Part shown: positions 38,229 to 48,337 of the stretch, in pieces
Layout: the number at the start of each line of letters is the position of its first letter
Numbering within the stretch: position 1 is the stretch's first letter
Source of the DNA: Candidatus Micrarchaeota archaeon
GTDB lineage: Archaea; Micrarchaeota; Micrarchaeia; Anstonellales; J096
DNA: 64,000 nt
Direction: 5' to 3'
Assembly (NCBI GenBank): GCA_015522475.1
Contig: WAMF01000001.1
Coordinates: forward strand, 36,054-100,053
Notes under the pieces: generated by a model
The model's database searches: none
Told to the model about the DNA's origin: nothing
The model's input: the letters and a program-made list of their open reading frames with translations, nothing else
Made by a program: the position numbers and the translations under genes

Positions 38229-38795
38229 CTAATGCTTCTTGGCAAAGGGCTTTAGGACTTTGGCCGTTTTCTCTATAGCTCTCTCGATGTCCTTCCTAGC
38301 TTTAGCACCAGCTATGATGAGCTTGCCGTTCTTAAAGATGAGTATGGAGACTTTGGGTTCTCTCAACTTGAGTATAGCGCCGGGAAACTGCTCGGGCTCG
38401 TATTCGATGTTTTCATTAACCTGCAGCACAACCTTGAACAAATCCATCTCTATGTTTAAGTCAGCTGAGGCAACGATGTTTGTCACCTCATAATCAAGTT
38501 TTTTAGGGTTCATTTTTTTCAAGATCTTGGATGCAACGGGGCTGAGGAGCTCATAGGCTTTAATAATGGCTGTTTCAATGGTCTTCCTGTCTTTGCAGCC
38601 AACTATGACAATTTTGCCATTTTTGAATACAAGAAGCGTAGCTTTTGGCTGATTAAATTTGAGTATAGCGCCGGGAAACTGCTCGGGTTCGTATTCGATG
38701 TTTGTGAATTTAAGAGGTAACTTATAGAGGTCAAGCTCCAAACCCAGATTGCCGGCTGCTACGACGTTGGTTATCTTGTATTTAAAGTTCGCCAT
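38229..38795 (-). CDS. tbp: TATA-box binding protein
   Basis: Two repeats of NVVA/NIVA...YEPEQFPG...F.NGK. Confidence 0.97.
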   Translation of the reverse strand: MANFKYKITNVVAAGNLGLELDLYKLPLKFTNIEYEPEQFPGAILKFNQPKATLLVFKNGKIVIVGCKDRKTIETAIIKAYELLSPVASKILKKMNPKKLDYEVTNIVASADLNIEMDLFKVVLQVNENIEYEPEQFPGAILKLREPKVSILIFKNGKLIIAGAKARKDIERAIEKTAKVLKPFAKKH

Positions 38796-38927
38796 ACATA
38801 CCACCATTTTTAAACTTTTCTACTTTATAGGGGAGGCATAAGCTTTAAAAAGGCCACTCTGTCCAGTTCCCGCGCCTCAAGTGCCATTTTTAAACATGTT
38901 GGCCAAAAAGATGGGAGAGGTGAAATT

Positions 38928-39251
38928 ATGGTTAAAAGACCACGTGGATATTTAAGCAAAGCAACTCGCAGCTTAAAGACAAAACGCAAGCTTACGCCAA
39001 AGGACTTCGCAAGGCAGTATGAAGTCGGCGAGAAGGTGCTCATAAAAATTCAACCTTACTACAAAGGAGCGATGCCCCATCCACGTTACAGGGGCCGTGT
39101 AGGCAGAATCGTTGAAAAAAGAGGGTCAGCTTACGTGGTTGAAATCAAAGATGGGGGAAAAGCAAAGAAAATCATAAGCCATCCTGTCCACCTAAGGCGT
39201 GTAGAGTCTGCTAGTTCTGAAAAAGCGCAAGCTAAGAAAGGCAAGAAGTGA
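38928..39251 (+). CDS. rpl21e: 50S ribosomal protein L21e
   Basis: MPHPRYRGRVG and KDGGKAK...HPVHL motifs. Confidence 0.96.
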   Translation: MVKRPRGYLSKATRSLKTKRKLTPKDFARQYEVGEKVLIKIQPYYKGAMPHPRYRGRVGRIVEKRGSAYVVEIKDGGKAKKIISHPVHLRRVESASSEKAQAKKGKK

Positions 39252-39267
39252 ATAAAAAGGCGGAAGC

Positions 39268-39729
39268 ATGGTTGAGGGAAAGTTGGAGGAGAAACCCATA
39301 CCTGAGATAGAGCTTAAACGCTACTTGAAAAAAGAGATTGCTCAATACGAAAAGGAGGAAATAGCTAGAGCTAAAAAGAAAGCAGCGGAGAAGGCTGCTA
39401 AAGAAGAGAATAAAAAAGGTGAAGGAGAGGAAGTAAGTGCAGAAAAGCCGGCCGCTAGTAAAAGAGCAGAGAAGATGGACTTCAACAAGCAGCTAGCTGT
39501 TGAACATCTTAAAGTCATAGAAGAGCTAGGAGACAGCTCCGCTATATATGAAGAGCTTAAAAAGATGGGACTTGCAGAAGAGCTTTGTGTTAAAATAGCA
39601 GACACCCTGCCAACAGATAAAGAAGTCATCAAGATGATATTCTACGAATTCACGCTTTCGCCCGAAGAGGAACAGCTAAGCCAGATTATGGAAATCGTAG
39701 ACAAGCACAGAAAGAAAAAGAGGAAGTAA
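39268..39729 (+). CDS. rpoF: RNA polymerase subunit Rpo4/F, with charged insertion
   Basis: KIADTLP.D..EVI motif; conserved position between rpl21e and DUF655. Confidence 0.8.
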   Translation: MVEGKLEEKPIPEIELKRYLKKEIAQYEKEEIARAKKKAAEKAAKEENKKGEGEEVSAEKPAASKRAEKMDFNKQLAVEHLKVIEELGDSSAIYEELKKMGLAEELCVKIADTLPTDKEVIKMIFYEFTLSPEEEQLSQIMEIVDKHRKKKRK

Positions 39730-39997
39730 TGGCTTGCTCATTGCTCATTTTAATTTAAGCGAAAGCTAAAATCTGTCTAAATCCTTCAGAAAAGGCCTGT
39801 CAGATAGGGGCACGAATTTTAGTCCTCAGCTGGAGATTTGCAGACATCCGAGGAACAGCAGCACATCGCATACTACAACCTACAATTATTTTGCAGAGGG
39901 CAAGAATAAAAGCCAAGTCTTATAAAGGCCTCATCCCAATGTATTAAAGCATGAAGGCAATAGAAGTAAGGCAAAAACCAAAACAAGAGGTGGAAAG

Positions 39998-40540
39998 ATG
40001 GAAGATTACATCTACATATTGGATTTCATCCCCTATAGCTCAAAGTACAGGGGGCAAGCATATGCACAAGGCATAGGCGGCAAGTTCTTCACGCTTTTAG
40101 AGGTTTCCATAAAGACAGACAAAAGCGCACCGGTGGGTGCAAAAATCTACGTAGGCAAGGATTTCGAAAAGAGGGATGTCATAGATAAGATAAAGAGAAG
40201 GATAAGCTACGACGAACTTACAACAGCAGCCAAAGAAAACCTGCCTGACATCATAAAAAAGATTGTCATGGACAACGAAGAGCGTTTTGTCCGCTTCATC
40301 AATACGGCTTCGCCCTTCTCTGTGAGAGTTCACCAGCTCGAGTTGCTGCCAGGGGTTGGCAAAAAGAACATAGAGCAGATTCTTGAAGAAAGGGACGAAA
40401 AACCATTCGAAAGCTTCGACGACATTAAGAAGCGCGTATCCTCATGGCAAGACCCTATAGGCAGCTTTGTATATAGAATCCTCGAAGAGATACAAGGGAA
40501 AGAAAGGCATTACTTCTTCGTCCTGCCTCAAAGAACCTGA
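39998..40540 (+). CDS. DUF655 family RNA-binding protein
   Basis: FTLLEV, YDELT, HQLELLPGVGKK and PFESFDDI motifs. Confidence 0.92.
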   Translation: MEDYIYILDFIPYSSKYRGQAYAQGIGGKFFTLLEVSIKTDKSAPVGAKIYVGKDFEKRDVIDKIKRRISYDELTTAAKENLPDIIKKIVMDNEERFVRFINTASPFSVRVHQLELLPGVGKKNIEQILEERDEKPFESFDDIKKRVSSWQDPIGSFVYRILEEIQGKERHYFFVLPQRT

Positions 40541-40674
40541 GCAAGAAGGGACCATAGAGAAAAAGACAAGAGGCAAGGGTATAAAGGGAGTTATTTAGTT
40601 TCTATGTGCTCCCAATCCTTCGCATATGGCTACACGGCCAAGGCAGAATTATAAACCCTTGCCTTCACTTATGC

Positions 40675-41931
40675 ATGGTTGGGGGTGTAGGCTTGGTAAA
40701 GGATGGTAAGAAAGAATTAGATAAATTAGTCTCTCTCACATTTGACAGCGACCCAGAAGTAAGAAAAAAGGCTGCTATGGAGCTAGCACAAAGTGACGAG
40801 CCTGGGGCACTCCTTGCCATCATAGAGCTCTCCTATGATAAAAATGAAGATGTGGCAGAAACAGCAAAAAAGATTTTAGCAGAGAGAAAGAAAAAGACAC
40901 CCCTTATGAAGCCGTTTCATGAATTGTTTAAGGGGGGTGTGGATTTTTCAGGCAGCAAGAAAAAAGAAATCCCACCATCTAGAGCTAAAATACTTGAGCC
41001 CATAGAGCGCATTTTCCGAGAGAAGCTCAAAGACGAAAAGAAGGTTGAAGCTGCCATGAAAGAGTTTATGCGTAGGGTCAAAGTTATGGAAAAAGGAAGA
41101 GAAGAGAAGCCTATTACACAAGAAGCTATTAAGACAGCTTATCTCGAGACAATGGATGCCATAAATGTTGAAAAACCAGGCGAGGAAGCTGCAGAAGAGA
41201 AAGGTAAAAAGAAGGTGAGCAAAGAATCAAAGGAAAAGGCCGAAGAAGAGAAGGTAAGTGCAGCAACCCTGACTCCAGCTGCGCCGGGAGTAACAATTGA
41301 AGAAGTGGAAAAAAGTGAAGAGAAAGAAGGTGTGGAGCTCGCCCTCATAGGTAGCTCAGAAATAAACGAAGAGAAAGTTGCAAGAGAGAGCGGACTTATT
41401 GAGAAAGATGAGCTCTTCACATTAGAAGAGAAGAAGCTGTTGGAGCCAGCAGAGTCTGAAGGAAAGGAAGGCAAGCTTCCAAACATATTGCGTTATGTAT
41501 ACAACCACTTGCTCTCCTTTAAAGGCGATGAGAAATTGGCAAAACAGGAAGCAAAGCTTCTCCAGGACTTCTTCAAAAAGCAAGTAGACTTAGCATATAA
41601 GTTGGCTAAGAAGAAATTCAAAGAAATCAAAATCACAGATATAAGCGACGTGAAAAGTGGGATGCGCAACATAACGACGGATATGTTGGAAGTTGTAGAA
41701 GTGAAACATCTAAAGTATAGAAAAAAGAGGAAGGAAGAACTCTTTACACGCGTCATTGTAAGAGACAAGCAGGGTAAAGAAGGTGTTATCTATCTGTTTG
41801 AAGATAGAGGTAGGTTTTTACAGGAAGGTATGAAGATAAGGCTTGAAAAAGCCAAGGCAAAAACCTTTGATTTCTCGAATGAGACTGCTTTAACAGTAGA
41901 CAAAAGAGGGCACGTCATAGTGGAAATGTAA
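40675..41931 (+). CDS. protein with HEAT repeats, acidic linker and C-terminal OB-fold
   Basis: DSDPEVRKKAAMELA and YDKNEDVA HEAT-like repeats; C-terminal ITDISDVKSGMRNI...VRDKQG...LF OB-like region. Confidence 0.6.
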   Translation: MVGGVGLVKDGKKELDKLVSLTFDSDPEVRKKAAMELAQSDEPGALLAIIELSYDKNEDVAETAKKILAERKKKTPLMKPFHELFKGGVDFSGSKKKEIPPSRAKILEPIERIFREKLKDEKKVEAAMKEFMRRVKVMEKGREEKPITQEAIKTAYLETMDAINVEKPGEEAAEEKGKKKVSKESKEKAEEEKVSAATLTPAAPGVTIEEVEKSEEKEGVELALIGSSEINEEKVARESGLIEKDELFTLEEKKLLEPAESEGKEGKLPNILRYVYNHLLSFKGDEKLAKQEAKLLQDFFKKQVDLAYKLAKKKFKEIKITDISDVKSGMRNITTDMLEVVEVKHLKYRKKRKEELFTRVIVRDKQGKEGVIYLFEDRGRFLQEGMKIRLEKAKAKTFDFSNETALTVDKRGHVIVEM

Positions 41932-42048
41932 GGGAGAAGACCAAGCGCTATCCCAAATTAGTGCCCTTCTGACCTTCTGGTTAACCACCAACTCTTTAAC
42001 TCCTTGTAACTTTCTTAATTTCTTTTTTCTATCCTCCATACCATTTAA

Positions 42049-42915
42049 TCACTTAAACACCTCTTCTGCTTTGTTTTTTAAGGTAGTCCAATCCAACGTG
42101 GCAGGAGGGATAAAGCCTGACAAGTTTATGCTAAGTAATATGGGCGAAGGCACTTCTTCAAAGGATGCCTTGCCTCTATACTCAGATAGACAACCAAATG
42201 TCCAACCATTGTTCTTTAGATTAACCTGTATGAGAGCAAAGCTATTGCTTAGACTTGGGTCGCCTTGTCCATCTAGAAAATTCTCGTTAAGCACCGTTAT
42301 CTCCATTTTGTCTAAGCACATACGCGAGAAGGGGTAGGAATTCGGCGTGACTAAGTTATTAGTTTTGGCACTCTCCTTAACCATCGTCTTGAGAAGAAGA
42401 GGGTCGTCAGGAGCACACATACACGTTGTTGGTCTGCCCGGGCTTCCATGAGCAAAGTTGTCGGTAGCTACAGTCAAATATATGCCTTCTTTTATAATGC
42501 TTTTCAAATTGGGCCATCCTTGTGTCTGATCCTCTGTTATGGTTTTAGCGACATCGACGACATCTCCCGCTAATGCATCAGCTATCAAACCAGTAACATA
42601 AGCAGCAACACCAAGCGTCGCGCCCTCTCTTATAGAATTCTCCATTTCGATAGCTCGTTCTGCGCTATCGTATACAACATAGTTTGTTTCTATGGCCGAC
42701 TCTTTTGGTTGAGGTGTGTAGAACTGCTTTGCTAGAAACATCTCCAAAAGGATGATGCCAAAAAAGAGAGGGAGATAGGCAATGGCCTTTCTAGAATTAT
42801 TAGCGCCGCTTCTAACCCTTTTGACTTTACTTCTGCCCTTTTCTACTTCACCGCCACTTTTTCCTACTTCAATATTCCCATCAATAGCTTGCCTAAATCT
42901 AACTAAAAGCCTCAC
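42049..42915 (-). CDS. single-pass exported protein, possibly with class III (pilin-like) signal
   Basis: RKAIAYL followed by a hydrophobic stretch and a Cys-containing ectodomain; AGGTGG SD. Confidence 0.55.
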   Translation of the reverse strand: MRLLVRFRQAIDGNIEVGKSGGEVEKGRSKVKRVRSGANNSRKAIAYLPLFFGIILLEMFLAKQFYTPQPKESAIETNYVVYDSAERAIEMENSIREGATLGVAAYVTGLIADALAGDVVDVAKTITEDQTQGWPNLKSIIKEGIYLTVATDNFAHGSPGRPTTCMCAPDDPLLLKTMVKESAKTNNLVTPNSYPFSRMCLDKMEITVLNENFLDGQGDPSLSNSFALIQVNLKNNGWTFGCLSEYRGKASFEEVPSPILLSINLSGFIPPATLDWTTLKNKAEEVFK

Positions 42916-42925
42916 TACACCACCT

Positions 42926-43303
42926 TTACACGACCTTTAATTGAGGGATAGCGCCATATATATCTCTCTGCTCAGTGAGAAGAAGTGCATCGTTTGCTAA
43001 GCACGTAGCCGCTAGCCTTATTTCATGGATACTTGCTCTAACACCCCTCTCTTCAAACACATCGTAAACATCCCTGCTTATCTTAGCCGCTACATCGTCA
43101 AAGGGGAGAACTGTCAAGTGTTCAACAAGCTCTTCCACGAGGAGTGGATCCTTCAATGCTATGTAAAGGTCTGAGAGAATTAAAGCAGAAATGCACAGCT
43201 CCACATCTCGTCTATTCAAGTATATGTCTATCTTTTCAACAGCTTTGCTTTGCCCCCTTAAATAATTTAAAATTATGGGCAAATCAAGGCATACTTTTAC
43301 CAT
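42926..43303 (-). CDS. vapC: VapC-like PIN domain protein (degenerate)
   Basis: VCLD..ILNYLRG, ISA, VLPFD and LAATCL...LLT motifs. Confidence 0.8.
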   Translation of the reverse strand: MVKVCLDLPIILNYLRGQSKAVEKIDIYLNRRDVELCISALILSDLYIALKDPLLVEELVEHLTVLPFDDVAAKISRDVYDVFEERGVRASIHEIRLAATCLANDALLLTEQRDIYGAIPQLKVV

Positions 43304-43449
43304 ACTATCAACCTACTGTCATACTATCGTCGCGAACCCGCTTGTTTAGGCAACCACACGTACTCTCAAATCTTACTTCCGAATTTTCTTCCAAATTCTT
43401 CTTTCGCCGACCATCTATCATCAATCGGCTAACCCCCTTAACTCACAAC

Positions 43450-43662
43450 TTAACTCTTCTTATATATGCGCCTCAAACGCGTCATGAGCACCGCTTTTTC
43501 TCTAAGAGAGCCCGCAAAGCTCCTCATACCTGTGCTTTCCTTCCTGCTTTCATAAAAGTTTAACAAGAAAGTTATAGCGTCAGAAAAGCTCATGTTATGC
43601 CGTCTTTTCAGCTTGCTGAGACGCTTGTAGACACTTTCCTTTATAGTTATCACTTTGGGCAT
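43450..43662 (-). CDS. vapB: VapB-like antitoxin (DUF217 type)
   Basis: KVITIKESVYKRL...SFSDAI and FAG motifs. Confidence 0.82.
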   Translation of the reverse strand: MPKVITIKESVYKRLSKLKRRHNMSFSDAITFLLNFYESRKESTGMRSFAGSLREKAVLMTRLRRIYKKS

Positions 43663-44873
43663 TAGAATCGCCTCCCACTTCTTCTCTGTCCACTTGATAG
43701 TGCAGCCTCTGCCTTAATTAAGCTTTCTATAAACTCAAGCTCATCATCCCCTAGTCTATAAAACGCCTTTGCTTTTTCCTTGTCTGAAAGAACGACTCTA
43801 CCATATATAGGAAAATCATCCCAAACTTCTCCGGGCGAGAGATGAAGACGTCTGCCTATCTTCGCGCACACCTCTTTTATTTTTCTTCTGAGCATCACAG
43901 TCTTAAACATCTCTTTTATGTATTGAGGATACGTGTATTTTGTATACTTGTGATAGGGCTCTTTTTTGGCTACACTCACAGCAGCTACAAGCAGAGCGAC
44001 GTATCTAAGAAAGCCCCAATACTGCCTAGAGTGTATACGGCCTTCAAACACATCTGCTCTAGATAAGTAATCAAATGCCTTAGCCACTTCACCCCCTTTT
44101 TCATACTCCTTCGCAATATTCTCGTCAAGCCACATTTTTATTGTGTCGAGATCTGTGTCGCTGCTTCTTATTTTAGCAACGCTGCTCTTTAATGAGGTGG
44201 TCTTAAAGATTGTTCTTAACGTAGCGAAGATGTCGTTTTGCCTTTCTCTGTAGCCGACGCTTTCTACTTGAAGGTCGTTTATGGCTGCGCGCGCATCGCC
44301 ATCGCTGGCCTCTGCTATTTGCTTTAGAGCTTCGTCGCTGATCTTTATATGCTCGCTTGCAGCTATCCGCTTTATGATGGCTAACACTTGCCTAGACGAA
44401 AGCTTCCTCATCTGAACGAGCTCAACCTTTTCTCTCAAGTCCCTCAACTTTGGATCCCAAGGATCTTCTGCAGTTAGCAAGATGGGAATCTGGCTTTCCT
44501 TTATGAGTTGAATCACAGCTGGAATGGCACCCCTATCTTGTTGACCGGATAAAGCCTGTATATCGTCGAATATAATGATGGGCAGCTGCCCCCACAAGTT
44601 CCGACGCATGTGGACCTTTGGCATAAGATTCTTTATGTGAGAAGCGTCGCATGCTTGACTGGGCGAGACTACAATAGCGTCTAGTTTGTATTCGTTGGCT
44701 AATGCATAGGCTAAGCTGCTTTTTCCTATGCCAATCTTGCCATAGAGAAGTATGGGCTTCTGTTTCTTGCCCTTTAGCCATGCCTCTATCCAACGTCGTA
44801 GCCTTTGCTTAACACTGTCGTGACCTTGCACATCTTCAAGCCGTTTAGGCCTATATTTTTCAGCTAGAAGCAC
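43662..44873 (-). CDS. rfcL: replication factor C large subunit
   Basis: EKYRP, G..GIGKS, GDARAAINDLQ, WLDENI and LSRADVF. Start placed at GTG 44873. Confidence 0.93.
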   Translation of the reverse strand: MLLAEKYRPKRLEDVQGHDSVKQRLRRWIEAWLKGKKQKPILLYGKIGIGKSSLAYALANEYKLDAIVVSPSQACDASHIKNLMPKVHMRRNLWGQLPIIIFDDIQALSGQQDRGAIPAVIQLIKESQIPILLTAEDPWDPKLRDLREKVELVQMRKLSSRQVLAIIKRIAASEHIKISDEALKQIAEASDGDARAAINDLQVESVGYRERQNDIFATLRTIFKTTSLKSSVAKIRSSDTDLDTIKMWLDENIAKEYEKGGEVAKAFDYLSRADVFEGRIHSRQYWGFLRYVALLVAAVSVAKKEPYHKYTKYTYPQYIKEMFKTVMLRRKIKEVCAKIGRRLHLSPGEVWDDFPIYGRVVLSDKEKAKAFYRLGDDELEFIESLIKAEAALSSGQRRSGRRF

Positions 44874-45010
44874 AACAAGTATTGAAAGACAAGCTTTTAA
44901 TGCCTTTCTCAACATATATAGCTGTCCGTGCTTAGATAGGCAAAAGCATGGTGCACGGATCTGTGCACTAATCGAATGAATGCATAGCAGCACGCTTTGT
45001 AGGTGTTTGT

Positions 45011-46432
45011 ATGGAAAGCTTAGAAGAGCCATCAAAAGATGCGACAATGGAAGGCGTGAAGATAGGTTTAGAGATCCACGTCCAGCTCAACACAAAAGCA
45101 AAGTTATTCTGCAACTGCCCAAATCCAGCAGCAGACGCTGAGCCCAACACAGTTATATGTGAGGTATGCACTGCTCAGCCCGGCACAAAACCCCTCCCTC
45201 CTAACGAAGAAGCATTCAGATTGGCCCTGCTAGCAGCTCACATGCTCTCTTGCAAACTTCAGCCTTCAACGTTCTTCATGCGCAAGCATTACTTCTATCC
45301 AGACTTGCCATCTGGTTATCAAAGGACAAGCAAACCAATAGGAAAGGACGGCAAGCTAGCAGATGTCGGCATATGGGAGATTCATGTAGAGGAAGACCCT
45401 GGAAGGTATGAACTCAAAAAAGGATTGCTCGATTATAACAGGAGTGGCGTTCCTCTTATAGAGGTTGTTACTGCTCCAGAATTCAAGAGCCTCGAACAGG
45501 TGAAGCACTTCCTCCTTCTATTCGAAAAAGGCCTCACATACTACGGCATAAAAAAGGAAGACGGTGTCATAAAGGCAGATGTGAACGTGAGCGTAGCTGG
45601 TGGACAACGTGTCGAGGTCAAAAACGTAAACTCATACGAGAATATATTGGCGGCTATAGCTTACGAAATAAAAAGGCAAAAAAGGCTCATAGAAGAGGGT
45701 AAAACTGTAGAGATGGAAACACGGCACTTCGACGAAGCAAAAGGTACAACAAAGCGCTTGAGGACAAAGGAGAGCGAAGCAGACTATAGATACATGCCAG
45801 ACCCTGACTTACTCGAAGTACCATTAGAAGAGTTAGCAAAGGCCACGCTCAAGGATGAATTGATAGAGAGACCATGGGAAAGGGCAGAGCGCTTCATAGA
45901 AGAGTATGGCATTCCAAAGGAAGCTGCAGAAGAGCTCACATGGGAAAAGGCCTCCGCAGACCTCTTCGAATACATGATAAGCGACAGAGATGGAAGCAAA
46001 AAAATTGAGCCGAGAAAAGCCGCCAACTGGATGCGCACAACGCTGAAGAAGCAACTCAATTACAGAAGCATAAGCTTCTCTCACATACCTATCTCGTTCA
46101 AAGACGTAAAAGAAATTGCTACAATGTTCTTCTCAAACGAGATCAGTGATGATGGCGCTGAGACGCTCCTCATAAAAATGCTGGACGAGCGCTTAAAAGA
46201 TGCTAGAGCTCTAGCCAAGAAGCTCAACCTCTTCCTTATGAAAGAAGATGAATTAAGCAACACCGTTGATAAAGTTATAGATGAGCAAAGAAAAGCCGTA
46301 GGGGATTACAGACAAGGAGAGAAAAGAGCTCTGGCTTTCCTCATCGGCCAAATAATGCAAATGACAAAAGGGAGAGCAGACCCCAAGAGAGCAAAAGAGC
46401 TCCTGGAAAAACGCATAAGTGGTGAAGATTGA
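45011..46432 (+). CDS. gatB: Asp/Glu-tRNA amidotransferase subunit B
   Basis: IGLEIHVQL, RKHYFYPDLP, EEDPG, DYNRSGVPLIE and DYRYMPDPDL motifs. Confidence 0.95.
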   Translation: MESLEEPSKDATMEGVKIGLEIHVQLNTKAKLFCNCPNPAADAEPNTVICEVCTAQPGTKPLPPNEEAFRLALLAAHMLSCKLQPSTFFMRKHYFYPDLPSGYQRTSKPIGKDGKLADVGIWEIHVEEDPGRYELKKGLLDYNRSGVPLIEVVTAPEFKSLEQVKHFLLLFEKGLTYYGIKKEDGVIKADVNVSVAGGQRVEVKNVNSYENILAAIAYEIKRQKRLIEEGKTVEMETRHFDEAKGTTKRLRTKESEADYRYMPDPDLLEVPLEELAKATLKDELIERPWERAERFIEEYGIPKEAAEELTWEKASADLFEYMISDRDGSKKIEPRKAANWMRTTLKKQLNYRSISFSHIPISFKDVKEIATMFFSNEISDDGAETLLIKMLDERLKDARALAKKLNLFLMKEDELSNTVDKVIDEQRKAVGDYRQGEKRALAFLIGQIMQMTKGRADPKRAKELLEKRISGED

Positions 46433-46623
46433 TAGCATAAATGGATAGCGTAACTGAAATATAATAAAACACACAAGAGAGACGAGTAAAAACGCACAGA
46501 AGAGAAAAGAAAAATAAAAAGCGAGATCTGTAAACAATAGTTTTATGTACTAATTATTTTTTATTTTTGATGGGGCGCCGGTCTGCTTGTTCTATTGTCG
46601 GCGATTAGATAAACCTGTAGCTT

Positions 46624-47622
46624 TCAGCTTTTATTTGCTTTTTCCTCTTTATACTTTTTCTCCTCGACGTATTGGGCAGCAAAATGGCCTGCAGTAGCGC
46701 CCTCGCCAACGGCTGTAGCAACTTGTTTAAGAGGGCTGGATCTGCAATCGCCACAAGCGAAAACACCTTCAATGTTTGTCTTCATAAATGCATCCGTCCT
46801 TATGTGTTTCCTCTCGTCAAGCTCCACTTTACCTTCGACAAGGGCAGTGTTAGGTATCATACCAATAAATATGAAAACTGCACTTATGGGTTTAGTATAC
46901 GTTTTATCTTCTGCCTTGTTGTAGAGCACAACTTCATTGACTTCGTCTTTACCCTTTATCTCCTTCACGACAGTGTTCCACAAAATTTCGATTTTTGGGT
47001 TGGCAAAAACACGTTCCTGCAATACTTTATCTGCCCTGAATGCATCCCTTCTATGCACAATGTAAACCTTGCTTGCAAACTTGCTTATGTATAGAGATTC
47101 ATCTAAGGCGGAGTTTCCTCCACCTACAACAATTACTTCCTTATCTTTGTAAAAAGGCGCATCGCATACGCCGCAGTAACTCACGCCTTTGCCAACAAAC
47201 TCGCGTTCTCCTGGCACGTCTAGCTCCCTATAGTGCGCGCCGAACGCCAGCACGACAGCTCTAGCCTTGTATTCAGAAGTTGTCGTTTTAACCGTCTTTA
47301 CATCACCTTCTAAATTTAGCTCTCGTACTTCTTCGTTATAGGCAATTTCTGCGCCGAACGAAGCAGCGTGCTTTGCAAACGCCTCTGCTAATTTAGACGC
47401 GGATATGCGCTCAAAACCCGGATAATCTTCTATGTCAGACGTTAAAGCAATCTGTCCTCCGGGAAGTGCCTCCTTCTCGAGAACGAGGGTCTTAAGTTTA
47501 GCTCTCGCAGCATAAAGCGCAGCCGAAAGGCCAGCAGGGCCTGCCCCTATAACGATAACATCCCACTCTTCATCTTTCTTAGAGCTAGCAGGTTTTGCCA
47601 AGGAAAAAGATAAAGTTCCCAT
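46624..47622 (-). CDS. trxB: thioredoxin reductase
   Basis: GAGPAG, GVSYCGVCD, GGGNSA, HRRD and FACGD motifs. Confidence 0.95.
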   Translation of the reverse strand: MGTLSFSLAKPASSKKDEEWDVIVIGAGPAGLSAALYAARAKLKTLVLEKEALPGGQIALTSDIEDYPGFERISASKLAEAFAKHAASFGAEIAYNEEVRELNLEGDVKTVKTTTSEYKARAVVLAFGAHYRELDVPGEREFVGKGVSYCGVCDAPFYKDKEVIVVGGGNSALDESLYISKFASKVYIVHRRDAFRADKVLQERVFANPKIEILWNTVVKEIKGKDEVNEVVLYNKAEDKTYTKPISAVFIFIGMIPNTALVEGKVELDERKHIRTDAFMKTNIEGVFACGDCRSSPLKQVATAVGEGATAGHFAAQYVEEKKYKEEKANKS

Positions 47623-47757
47623 AAGCTAACTACGAAGAGAAGTATTTAAATTCTTTCCCAAACGATTTGCGGCATTTGCAACGCTCCTTCAACGTTCGCT
47701 TATCGCTTATGGTTCATGCATCCGTTCAAGCTGCGCTCTCTATTTATTATGTCCCTG

Positions 47758-48093
47758 TCACTTACCAACACCTACTTCTAAAGTATGGATGGCGTAGTGC
47801 CTTTCTATATATGCACCCTTCTTTATAGGGCACGTCTGAATAGTGTAGAGTTGCGTCTTAAACTCTATGCATAGATGAAGTTGCTGAGATAACTTAACCA
47901 GCTCATCTCTCATGCCTGCAGGAGGAGTAGCATCATATATGGAAAGGCCATAATGCCTATACATCTCCAAATAAATGTCGTTAGCAAGCACCCACTGCTG
48001 TTCATAAGAAATAGTTGAAGGTAAGGGGGGTTGAAGCATAGCCAACAAAGAAGCAGATGCCAGAAGTATAAAGGCTATCTCAAGTGTTCTCAC
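47758..48093 (-). CDS. small pilin-like exported protein
   Basis: N-terminal LEIAF.. hydrophobic helix; coupled to two similar upstream genes. Confidence 0.55.
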   Translation of the reverse strand: MRTLEIAFILLASASLLAMLQPPLPSTISYEQQWVLANDIYLEMYRHYGLSIYDATPPAGMRDELVKLSQQLHLCIEFKTQLYTIQTCPIKKGAYIERHYAIHTLEVGVGK

Positions 48094-48337
48094 CGCAGAC
48101 CCTCCTAACACCGTCGTAGACACGCAATATGCAGACGTTCCCGCTATCCACTATAGCATCGTTGAGCAAAGCGTGCGTCGACGTTATAAGTAAAGAGCGA
48201 GCTGTGTTGTACATTTGCGCATCGTACACATAAGCCCTATAGATGAGCAATTCCTGCATAATAACAGAAAGGAGGAGAATGGCAAACATGAAGCTGAACA
48301 TAGCATCAATCAAGAAGAGTGCTTTTCTGGCAGACAT
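48080..48337 (-). CDS. small pilin-like protein (class III signal)
   Basis: RKA-LFLID followed by a hydrophobic helix. Confidence 0.6.
   Translation of the reverse strand: MSARKALFLIDAMFSFMFAILLLSVIMQELLIYRAYVYDAQMYNTARSLLITSTHALLNDAIVDSGNVCILRVYDGVRRVCGENT

Noticed and set aside
39730-39997. Long rpoF-DUF655 spacer as an ncRNA
   Set aside because: Some minus-strand CTGA motifs, but no proper C box or convincing fold.
44874-45047. N-terminal extension of rfcL (likewise sufB 36566-36697 and rpoN 50659-50742)
   Set aside because: These overlap neighbouring genes or promoters, and homology starts downstream.
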